The notes under the pieces: generated by a model
What the model saw: only the letters and a program-made list of their open reading frames with translations
The model's database searches: none
What the model was told of the DNA's origin: nothing
From: a virus
Virus record (IMG/VR): IMGVR_UViG_3300032086_003519
Coordinates: 1-64,000 of that record
Direction: 5' to 3' (one strand)
Length of the DNA: 64,000 bases
In this document: positions 48,921-56,673 of the stretch, piece by piece
Layout: every line of letters starts with the position of its first letter
How positions within the stretch are numbered: position 1 is the stretch's first letter
Program-made: the position numbers and the translations under genes

Positions 48921-49261
48921 TACTCACCTTTCTCTATGTATTTCATTTTTTCAGCAGTAGACATCTTGTTGATTTTGTTTCTGCGTTGATTAACCTCTCG
49001 GTCTTTCTTAACCTTGTCCATATTATCAGCCTGCATCTTATCTTGCAGTTCATAGCTTCCCATCTTCTGTGTATTCCTATCGGCTAGGTGTCTTACTGTT
49101 GTAGGCTCACCCTTTACAGACACATGAGGAGCATCTAGTATAACTCTTCTAAATTTATGTTTCTTGCATGACGGACATCTTACCAAAGGTTTCTCCGAGA
49201 ATCTTTGGAACACTTCTTTATAATGTCCACACTCACTACACTCATAATCGTAGGTTGGCAT
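48920..49261 (-). CDS. FmdB-family zinc-ribbon protein
   Basis: MPTYDYECSECGH...CPSC. Confidence 0.8.
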   Translation of the reverse strand: MPTYDYECSECGHYKEVFQRFSEKPLVRCPSCKKHKFRRVILDAPHVSVKGEPTTVRHLADRNTQKMGSYELQDKMQADNMDKVKKDREVNQRRNKINKMSTAEKMKYIEKGE

Positions 49262-49270
49262 TTTGAATCC

Positions 49271-50422
49271 TTAATACAGATTGTTTATAACTTGACAAAC
49301 TTTTTCTATATCTTTTATATCCATGTCGTGGTGATTTGGCACATACATTCCGTTAGAATCTACTAAACAAGAGTTTTTATGACCAACTTTGCCAAATAAT
49401 TTTTGCCAAACTGGTTGCATACCAATGCTCCCAGCTATGAGAGGTCTACATTCAATATTGTTGTCATTAAGAGATTCTGCAAGCTTTTCTCTATCTCTAA
49501 CAATTATTGGATAGCCCATGTTTGATACGAGATTTTGGCACGAAGAAGGCTGTGGTTTCCAGATTGTGTCTTTGATTAGTTCGTCATAAATCAAGAAATT
49601 TTCATGACGTTTACTTGCAATATTATCTATCTTATCGACCTGTCTCAGGCCAATAAATGCTTGCAAATCTGTAGACCTTAAGTTAAATCCAGCAAAGTAA
49701 AATTTATAAAGAGCATTGAACTCGTCTACATTATACTGGTTTCTATACTTTTTCTTAGAATCTTCAGATATGTCTCTATCCCACCCATGACTACGAATCA
49801 TGCGAAGAATTTCTGCAAGATCATCATCATCGGTGCAAATCATACCGCCTTCGATGGTAGATATGTGATGTCCAAAATAAAATGAGAACGAACTCATGTC
49901 GCCAAAAGTTCCTAGCTTCTTGCCATGCACTTCTGATCCAAGACTTTCGCAAGTGTCTTCTATTAGCAGAACAGAGTATTTGTCACAAAGGGCTTTGACT
50001 TCTTGTATATTGCAGTCGAACCCTAGCACATGTACCAATATAAGGGCGGCAGGATTTTCAGTTTGAAATATATTCTCAAGATGACCGAGATCCAGTCCTA
50101 GATTTTGCATATTGCAGTCACAAAGTATAGGCTGAAGCCCGAACTGTATGATAGGAAATACGGTAGTAGACCAAGAGACTTGAGGAGCTACCACTTTATT
50201 GTTTTTCATTTTCCCCGATTGAGCTAAGGCAGAAAAAGCTAGTAGATTTGCCGAAGATCCAGAGTTACAAAAGACTGAGTGCTTCACTCCTAGTTTTGCA
50301 GAGAATTTCTCTTCAAACTCTACAGTTAGCTTGTTCTTCGTTAAGATAGGTTTTGTTTTCAACCACTCAATCAAAGAGTCAATATCTGCATCATCTATGA
50401 TTTCTGCACAAAGTTTTATCAT
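49271..50422 (-). CDS. DegT/DnrJ/EryC1/StrS-family PLP enzyme, ColD-type (GDP-4-keto-6-deoxymannose 3-dehydratase-like)
   Basis: Motifs NSGSSANL, EDTCES, SFYFGHHISTIEGG (His at the usual Schiff-base Lys), RSHGW.R, GFNLR, RPLIAG. Confidence 0.8.
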   Translation of the reverse strand: MIKLCAEIIDDADIDSLIEWLKTKPILTKNKLTVEFEEKFSAKLGVKHSVFCNSGSSANLLAFSALAQSGKMKNNKVVAPQVSWSTTVFPIIQFGLQPILCDCNMQNLGLDLGHLENIFQTENPAALILVHVLGFDCNIQEVKALCDKYSVLLIEDTCESLGSEVHGKKLGTFGDMSSFSFYFGHHISTIEGGMICTDDDDLAEILRMIRSHGWDRDISEDSKKKYRNQYNVDEFNALYKFYFAGFNLRSTDLQAFIGLRQVDKIDNIASKRHENFLIYDELIKDTIWKPQPSSCQNLVSNMGYPIIVRDREKLAESLNDNNIECRPLIAGSIGMQPVWQKLFGKVGHKNSCLVDSNGMYVPNHHDMDIKDIEKVCQVINNLY

Positions 50423-51351
50423 GCTTCTACAATTCCTTTAAGCTGTTCCAGCAAAAATTCTTGATTTACACATTCCGGTATTTTATTGTCAGGGAAACAG
50501 GGTAATGTTTGTATTTTTTTATATTCAATAGTATTATAACAAAGCTCAAGAACTTTTTCATGTAGATGTTCTAAATTTTCAAAGTTTCTGACATGTAGAA
50601 ATGCTTCTTCGTTGAACTCTTCTGCAACATCTTTGCATCCCCAATAAATAGGTATTGATCCTACATACTTGGGATGAATTATTTTTTCTGTGATCCAGCC
50701 ATCTGATTCTCCGTTATCAAAACAAAGATTAAACTTGAAATCAGATAGATATTCCAGCTTGTGTTTTTCATCTCCGCCAATCGACGGCATATTAGTAAAT
50801 GCTCTCCCTCTACTCTCTACAAGAAGTCCATTATCAATACCAAAGTTTATAAATTTAGGATACGCTTCTTTTCTGTAGCCCATATCATTGTTAGTTAATA
50901 TAGAACAGAATTTACTCTTTTGTGAAACATTAACTTGATTCGTTAACTTTTTTGCTGACAAGAGAAACGCTTGATTTCTGCCCTCTACATAGCTTTCTTG
51001 CTGATCGCCAAACCAGTTTACATACATAGCCCACAGAGGTATTCTGACATTTCTATCATCTTCAAATTTACAAGACGAAATAGAAAAGTCACACTTGCTA
51101 TAGTCGGGATCTCCTGTTCTGTCTATGGATTCTACTAACCAATGAACTATCTTGGAGCTGGTAAATCCTGATGTAAACCTTTCGGGAGGTGGAGCTTGAT
51201 GACTAGCCGGTGAAACCTGACAGATTACAATGTCTGGATTACTATCTGTTATTGTAACGTCGTACTCTTTTCTAAGAGTGTTTGTTATAATGTTGTCGTA
51301 CTCAAAGAAGCCGCCCCACATATTATAAAATTTTAAAGATATGTTTTTCAT
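50419..51351 (-). CDS. GT10 alpha-1,3-fucosyltransferase-like glycosyltransferase
   Basis: KFC, then K...L..FKFNLCFDN....GWITEKI....IPIYWG. Confidence 0.8.
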   Translation of the reverse strand: MKNISLKFYNMWGGFFEYDNIITNTLRKEYDVTITDSNPDIVICQVSPASHQAPPPERFTSGFTSSKIVHWLVESIDRTGDPDYSKCDFSISSCKFEDDRNVRIPLWAMYVNWFGDQQESYVEGRNQAFLLSAKKLTNQVNVSQKSKFCSILTNNDMGYRKEAYPKFINFGIDNGLLVESRGRAFTNMPSIGGDEKHKLEYLSDFKFNLCFDNGESDGWITEKIIHPKYVGSIPIYWGCKDVAEEFNEEAFLHVRNFENLEHLHEKVLELCYNTIEYKKIQTLPCFPDNKIPECVNQEFLLEQLKGIVEA

Positions 51352-51387
51352 TTGTACCTCATATAAATAGTCTAATACATTATAGAG

Positions 51388-51723
51388 CTACTTATCGAGT
51401 TGTACATCTATTTTCTTTAAATTTTCTGAGAATTGTTTTAGCGTGCTTACTGTTGTTTCTCTGGCAACTCTTTCTGCGGTCTCAGCGGCATAAGCTTGGA
51501 CTTCTGTTGGGAGTTCATTAGAAAGCGCCTGAAGAAACGTCTCAAACTTCATGGCTGTATCAGTTTGTATTGTGTGACTATAAGAAGCACCTTCCTCTAA
51601 AATGTCTAATCTTTTGTCTAAATATCGGTTGTTATATTCAGCTCTAGCGCCTATAAAAATAACGGCAGCTAGAAAGATGCCTCTAAAAATACTTGACTGG
51701 TTCACCTTCATGTTCATTCTCAT
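51388..51723 (-). CDS. hypothetical membrane-anchored protein
   Basis: N-terminal hydrophobic segment followed by a coiled coil. Confidence 0.55.
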   Translation of the reverse strand: MRMNMKVNQSSIFRGIFLAAVIFIGARAEYNNRYLDKRLDILEEGASYSHTIQTDTAMKFETFLQALSNELPTEVQAYAAETAERVARETTVSTLKQFSENLKKIDVQLDK

Positions 51724-52393
51724 CTTCTTCTTTATTGAGTGTCATTAATATTTTGGACACGATACCACTACGAACAATATCGCTATAATCCAGTTTGCAA
51801 ACACCAACACCAGAAACTTCGGAAAGTTTATCCATACAAGTCTTAAGACCACCTTGATGTTTACCTAAGTCGGACTGTCTTAGATCTCCGTTTATCACAG
51901 CCTTAGAATCTTTTCCAATTCTAGTAATAAACATTTTGATTTGTTCAAACGTAGCGTTCTGCGCTTCGTCTAAGATCATAAAACAATTATGAAAGTTTCG
52001 CCCTCTCATATATTCCAGTGGGCATAACTCAATAATATCTCTACTCCTATAAGTTTCTACCGTATTCTTTGTGAGATATTGGTTCATCTCTTCTAGAATA
52101 GGTATTAAATAAGGATTAATTTTTTCTACTAATGTGCCGGGCAAGTGACCCAAACCACGACCCGACTCTACAACAGGTCGAGTAATAATAATTTTGTCTA
52201 CTTTCTTTTCGATCAAGTATTCACACGCCATTCCGACAGAGACGCTAGTCTTTCCCGACCCAGCAGGCCCAGAGCAGAAAGTAACATCAGACCTGTTTAT
52301 ACTCTGCATGTAAGTTTCTTGATTGCGTGTTTTAGGCCGTAATATTTTTCTTCTCTGTCTTGTTGTCTTTGGTTTTTTTGCTTGTCTTGCCAT
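51683..52393 (-). CDS. phoH: PhoH-family ATPase
   Basis: Motifs GPAGSGKT, TRP.V, LPG, YMRGRNF, ILDEAQN, GD..QSD, DIVR. Confidence 0.95.
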   Translation of the reverse strand: MARQAKKPKTTRQRRKILRPKTRNQETYMQSINRSDVTFCSGPAGSGKTSVSVGMACEYLIEKKVDKIIITRPVVESGRGLGHLPGTLVEKINPYLIPILEEMNQYLTKNTVETYRSRDIIELCPLEYMRGRNFHNCFMILDEAQNATFEQIKMFITRIGKDSKAVINGDLRQSDLGKHQGGLKTCMDKLSEVSGVGVCKLDYSDIVRSGIVSKILMTLNKEEDENEHEGEPVKYF

Positions 52394-52689
52394 TAATTAT
52401 TCTCTACTGTTATAGTTTTAATTGCTGAATCCTGACACATTGGACATATCGGCTGAGAGCCGGGCTTATGTATACCAAGTTGGTGATGGGTCATAAGGAT
52501 TGCTTGAATTATCTGTGATTCTCTAAGCCTTGAATGTAAGGGTAATTCTCTGAGTTCTTTTTCTATGGGAATTTTAAGTTCTATTGCTGGCTCCTTATTC
52601 ATTATATGTTTGAACATATAGAAAGAGCCCGCTAAATTCAGTAAAGATAGTGAAAAAAGTACATAAACTGCGTTCTTAAAAAATTTCAT
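52393..52689 (-). CDS. hypothetical membrane-anchored protein
   Basis: N-terminal TM; HH..H..CPMC potential metal site. Confidence 0.55.
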   Translation of the reverse strand: MKFFKNAVYVLFSLSLLNLAGSFYMFKHIMNKEPAIELKIPIEKELRELPLHSRLRESQIIQAILMTHHQLGIHKPGSQPICPMCQDSAIKTITVENN

Positions 52690-53900
52690 TAGAATAATTC
52701 TTTTATAATCTTACCAGAGTTGGCAATCTTCATAGGTCTGCCGTTATTACTGGTAAATGTGGTTGTTAGTGAAATGTCAAGAGCTTTGCATACTGAAGCC
52801 ATCACATCTTGAGAAGTGTAAGGTTCTGTATCAACGCGCGTGCCATCTGAATTAGTAGCACCGACAGCAATACCTCCATTCATTCCACCTCCACCAACGA
52901 CAACGCTCCAACTTCGTGCCCAATGGTCACGACCTGCGTTCTGGTTGATTCGAGGAGTTCTACTAAACTCTCCCATCCAAATAATTACTGTGTCTTGTAG
53001 AAGTTCTCTCTGTTCTAGATCTTCAAATAGCGCACTCATACCTTGATCTAACATAGGAAGTTTGTTATCTCTTAATGTAGCATGAATATTCTGATGATTG
53101 TCCCATCCGCCAAGATTAACCTCTATAAACGGCACACCAGCTTCTACTAGCCGTCTAGCCATCAGACAACCTTTACCAAAGTTGTTGTTGCCGTATCTTT
53201 CTTTTACATTTTCTGGTTCGCCTGCAACTTTCAAAGCATCCATCTGTGAGCTTGTCAGTACATTAAATGCTTCCTTTAGAACTGATTGATGTTCTTTTGC
53301 TAGTGAGCCTCGTCTTTGGTTTATAAAATTACTTTCAATTGCATCCAAAGCGTAAGCTCTCTGATAAAATCTCTGATCTACTTTTACATCTAGATTTCTA
53401 ATTCTACCATCGCTATTCACGCTAAATGGAGCATATTTAGAACCAAGAAAACCGGCGCCTATACTTCCTCCACCCACAGAAATAAACTTGGGTATAGAAA
53501 GATCTGGTCTTGGCGACTGATGTGAGATTACTGAACCATAACTAGGATGATCTATGCTTGGGTTCGGAACATATCCAGTATGCATATAATAGCGACCACG
53601 CATATGGTCAGCTTCACGAGTACTCATACTTCTAATAATAGCAGCGTTATGCATCTGTTTTGCCATGAGAGGCATATGTTCACATATTTGCACATCTCCA
53701 GAGGTATTGATGGGACGGAAAGGGCCTCCTGTAGGCGCTCCGGGTTTTAAATCCCAGATGTCCATAGTTGAAGGGCCACCGCCCATCCATAGAAGAATGG
53801 CGGACTTCCCTTTCTTTTTAAGTTCATCTTCGTTAGCTTTAACAGTTTCCGCTAATGATAGCGCACTAAAAACCGATGTTAGAAAGGTACGTCTTTGCAT
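52689..53900 (-). CDS. DUF1501-family protein with Tat signal (copy 1)
   Basis: MQRRTFL; WMGGGPSTMDIWDLKP; ARRLVEAGV; WDNH; GEFSRTP..GRDHW. Confidence 0.9.
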   Translation of the reverse strand: MQRRTFLTSVFSALSLAETVKANEDELKKKGKSAILLWMGGGPSTMDIWDLKPGAPTGGPFRPINTSGDVQICEHMPLMAKQMHNAAIIRSMSTREADHMRGRYYMHTGYVPNPSIDHPSYGSVISHQSPRPDLSIPKFISVGGGSIGAGFLGSKYAPFSVNSDGRIRNLDVKVDQRFYQRAYALDAIESNFINQRRGSLAKEHQSVLKEAFNVLTSSQMDALKVAGEPENVKERYGNNNFGKGCLMARRLVEAGVPFIEVNLGGWDNHQNIHATLRDNKLPMLDQGMSALFEDLEQRELLQDTVIIWMGEFSRTPRINQNAGRDHWARSWSVVVGGGGMNGGIAVGATNSDGTRVDTEPYTSQDVMASVCKALDISLTTTFTSNNGRPMKIANSGKIIKELF

Positions 53901-53911
53901 GTCTTCACCTC

Positions 53912-54100
53912 TTAAATTATAGCATGTTGATCTGAATCAGAGTTTTGAAACTTAGCATAATTTCTATGCCAATCATATTGATGATCTTGGTACGGTGTAG
54001 GCTCATCATTATTATCATTGTAGGCATAACCGAAATCTTGCTTGAGTGAAGCAGAGCTTCCGCTACCTATGCCCATTGTTAATAAGTCTCCCATAAACAT
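53912..54100 (-). CDS. small acidic hypothetical peptide (62 aa)
   Basis: RBS AAGGAA; fills the gap before DUF1501 copy 1. Confidence 0.45.
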   Translation of the reverse strand: MFMGDLLTMGIGSGSSASLKQDFGYAYNDNNDEPTPYQDHQYDWHRNYAKFQNSDSDQHAII

Positions 54101-54104
54101 AATA

Positions 54105-54137
54105 TTATTTCCTTGTTAAAGCTGGTAAATATTTCAT
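54105..54137 (-). CDS. putative 10-aa leader peptide MKYLPALTRK
   Basis: Strong RBS AAAGGAG 7 nt upstream of the ATG. Its 3' end contains the RBS of the next ORF. Confidence 0.4.
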   Translation of the reverse strand: MKYLPALTRK

Positions 54138-54154
54138 TTTTAACTCCTTTAGTA

Positions 54155-54238
54155 AAGCTTGAGCGCCCGATAAATTCCTTTTTAGCGAACGCCCAAACTG
54201 ATTCCGATGGCGCCTCTCGCCGTTGGGTCGAGATCGAA
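54155..54238 (-). ncRNA. candidate structured cis-regulatory RNA
   Basis: GC-rich intergenic stretch. It forms two hairpins on the minus strand, one of 13 bp with 4 G-U pairs, and allows a possible cccaa/uuggg pseudoknot. Confidence 0.4.
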
Positions 54239-54239
54239 A

Positions 54240-54434
54240 TTAACTAATGCATTTGGGGCATTTACATACCTCTGCCTTACAAATGCAGTTTGTTTCTGGA
54301 CACGGACACTCATCTACACAAATTTCACAAATTGTTGGTTGGTCGCTATTAAACATCTCCTTTATCTCCTCTTTGTTAATTAAGCATAACGCTGCAACTA
54401 TAATAATTGCTACTAGCGGAAGTTTGATCTTCAT
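54240..54434 (-). CDS. small secreted or membrane-anchored Cys-rich (metallothionein-like) protein
   Basis: Signal-like N-terminus; 9 Cys in the C-terminal stretch CEICVDECPCPETNCICKAEVCKCPKC; RBS GGGGGTGAT. Confidence 0.6.
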   Translation of the reverse strand: MKIKLPLVAIIIVAALCLINKEEIKEMFNSDQPTICEICVDECPCPETNCICKAEVCKCPKCIS

Positions 54435-54452
54435 ATGACGATCACCCCCTCT

Positions 54453-55751
54453 CTAAATAATAAGGTCTTGTCGAACTGTACCACCGTCCACAATTTCTAT
54501 AGGACGATCTCCCGGAGCCATAAGCTCCTTATCGGAAACGATTCCGATTCTATTGTATATTGTTGCTGCCCAATCTTCTACTGTCATTGGGTTATCTTCT
54601 GGTTCACTCGCTGTAGCATTAGAGCTACCATAAACCATTCCGTTTTTAATACCGCCTCCAGCCATAACTACACTGAAAACCTTTGGCCAGTGGTCACGAC
54701 CAGCGGTAGCATTAATCTTTGGTGTACGACCAAACTCGGAAGCCAAACAAACCAGCGTGGAGTCAAGCATACCTCTATCACTAAGATCTTCAATAAGGGC
54801 CGCAAGTCCTTGATCTAGTGCTGGCACTTGTCCACGAATACCATTTTCTATATTGTCGTGCATATCCCATCCACCATAGGTGAGTGTGACGAAGCGAGTT
54901 CCAGCTTCTACTAAACGGCGAGCTAATAACATGCGAGCGCCAGCAGTATTTCTGCCATACTTGTCTCGCATCGCATCGCTTTCTTTGTTAATATCAAAAG
55001 CATCTCTGGCTTTTTCACTGCTAATCAAACTATAAGCACGATCATAAAAGCTATCTACGGCATCCAGAGAGTCTGACTTTTCTTTGGTAGCAAAGTAATC
55101 GTTGACTGCACTAAGCATTTTTCTTCTTGTTCCAAACCTATTATCATTCACACTGTCGGGCAGTCTGAGATCTCGAACCTGAAATCCATCACTAGCAGGG
55201 TCTGAACCTAAGCTGAAACCTGAGAATGAGCTACTTAAATATCCAGTACCTGCATATTCATTAGGTTGGTTTGGGATGCAGACGTATGGAGGAAGGTTTT
55301 GACGAGGCCCAAACTCATGTGCCACCACTGAACCCATTGATGGGTATTGAAGGGCTGGGCTAGGTCTATAGCCAGTAAACATATTATGTGTGCCTCGTTC
55401 ATGAGCTGCTTCTCCATGTGTCATACTGCGAATAATCGTCATCTTGTCTGTAACTTTGGACGTTTTGACCATCATCTCATTTAATCTAGTTCCGGGAACT
55501 ACGGTTTCAATGCTAGACATTGGCCCCCTGTATTCAAGAGGAGCAAAAGGTTTAGGATCAAATGTCTCTTGATGAGCTGAACCTCCCGGCAAATAGATAT
55601 AAATAACAGACTTTGCTGGCCCCTCAATGCTTTCATAAAACTTCTGGTCAGCTTGAGCTTGCTCCATGCGGAAATAATCCGATAGACTCAAACCCAAGCC
55701 ACCCAAAAAACCAACTTGCAGAAAAGATCTGCGATTACTTTTGCAATTCAT
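54453..55751 (-). CDS. DUF1501-family protein with Tat signal (copy 2)
   Basis: Start MNCKSNRRSFLQVG (RBS AAGGAA); AKSVIYIYLPGG..HQETFDPKP; WDMH; SEFGRTP..GRDHW. Confidence 0.9.
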   Translation of the reverse strand: MNCKSNRRSFLQVGFLGGLGLSLSDYFRMEQAQADQKFYESIEGPAKSVIYIYLPGGSAHQETFDPKPFAPLEYRGPMSSIETVVPGTRLNEMMVKTSKVTDKMTIIRSMTHGEAAHERGTHNMFTGYRPSPALQYPSMGSVVAHEFGPRQNLPPYVCIPNQPNEYAGTGYLSSSFSGFSLGSDPASDGFQVRDLRLPDSVNDNRFGTRRKMLSAVNDYFATKEKSDSLDAVDSFYDRAYSLISSEKARDAFDINKESDAMRDKYGRNTAGARMLLARRLVEAGTRFVTLTYGGWDMHDNIENGIRGQVPALDQGLAALIEDLSDRGMLDSTLVCLASEFGRTPKINATAGRDHWPKVFSVVMAGGGIKNGMVYGSSNATASEPEDNPMTVEDWAATIYNRIGIVSDKELMAPGDRPIEIVDGGTVRQDLII

Positions 55752-55761
55752 AAAATTTCCT

Positions 55762-56673
55762 TTACCACATTCTGCAAGACCAGTACCGAGCTTTCCATTT
55801 TGGGCCCGGAGCTGTATCACATTTGTGTCTTGCTCTAAAACTTCTTCTTCTTTCAGGGTTATCCCTTTTAATTTCCATATTAGGATCGCCAAATCTAACA
55901 ATAACAACTTTACCAGATCCATTCTTAGTATAAACTGCAAATTTCTTTGGCCCATCAGGGGTTCTAAAAGGCTTATTTAAAGTGACTTTTCTACCTTGAT
56001 ATTCTGCCGCTTTGGACTTTCTTGGATGTCCTTTTGGAAGAAGGTCATTATCCTGCGTGTATCCAGAATTAGAAGGTTTACCAGTTCTGAGTAATGTCAA
56101 AAAGGCATTTACTCTAGCCATAGCCCATCCATCTCTAGACATTTTTGGCGCATGACTTGTTGAGTAGGCTCCAGCCCCTCTACGATACACAGCTTTAAGC
56201 ATACCAAGAGTTGCTTTTGATCCTTTGCCTTTAGCATTATGCTCTTTCACTTTCTTAGACAGTCTTTCGGTGGTCTTTTTACTAAAAGTGATTTTACCAC
56301 TTGGGTTCTTTGCACTATCAGGCTTGTTTCTTTTTGAGCCTCTCTTCTGATCTTTTTTTGGTGCGGGAGTTCTACGGGGATCTCTAGGGCCCGGTTTGTC
56401 AGACTGAGCTTTCTTAAGCTCCTCTTGACTAGGACGACCTTCTTTTTCAGTGCGAGCAGGACGGTAGCTATCTCCTTCTCTCTGCTTTTTCCTCCTAATA
56501 TTTTCCCAAAGTCCGGGCTTAGCTTGTGAAACATCCCATTCTTCAGTATCTTCACCAAAATCTACATACTCAGCTTCAGCAGGAATATAAAAGTTTTCCT
56601 CTGTAAGATCTTCTGTATATCCAGTTTCATTTAAGTACTCATTAAATGCGCTTGCGTAATCTTCTTTTTTCAT
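55762..56673 (-). CDS. basic multi-module hypothetical phage protein
   Basis: Acidic N-terminus, then Lys/Arg-rich modules (PGLWENIRRK; VYRRGAGAYSTSH..WAMARVNAF; VRFGDPNM..RRRSFRARHKC..YWSC). Confidence 0.65.
   Translation of the reverse strand: MKKEDYASAFNEYLNETGYTEDLTEENFYIPAEAEYVDFGEDTEEWDVSQAKPGLWENIRRKKQREGDSYRPARTEKEGRPSQEELKKAQSDKPGPRDPRRTPAPKKDQKRGSKRNKPDSAKNPSGKITFSKKTTERLSKKVKEHNAKGKGSKATLGMLKAVYRRGAGAYSTSHAPKMSRDGWAMARVNAFLTLLRTGKPSNSGYTQDNDLLPKGHPRKSKAAEYQGRKVTLNKPFRTPDGPKKFAVYTKNGSGKVVIVRFGDPNMEIKRDNPERRRSFRARHKCDTAPGPKWKARYWSCRMW

Noticed and set aside
54155-54238. tRNA or a known riboswitch class (fluoride, guanidine-III, ZTP, glutamine)
   Set aside because: No cloverleaf or TTC-loop, and the consensus nucleotides of those classes did not match by eye. 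Kept only as an unclassified candidate.
55752-55955. 68-aa N-terminal extension of DUF1501 copy 2 in the ORF track
   Set aside because: It overlaps the upstream gene. The Tat motif and RBS indicate a start at 55751.
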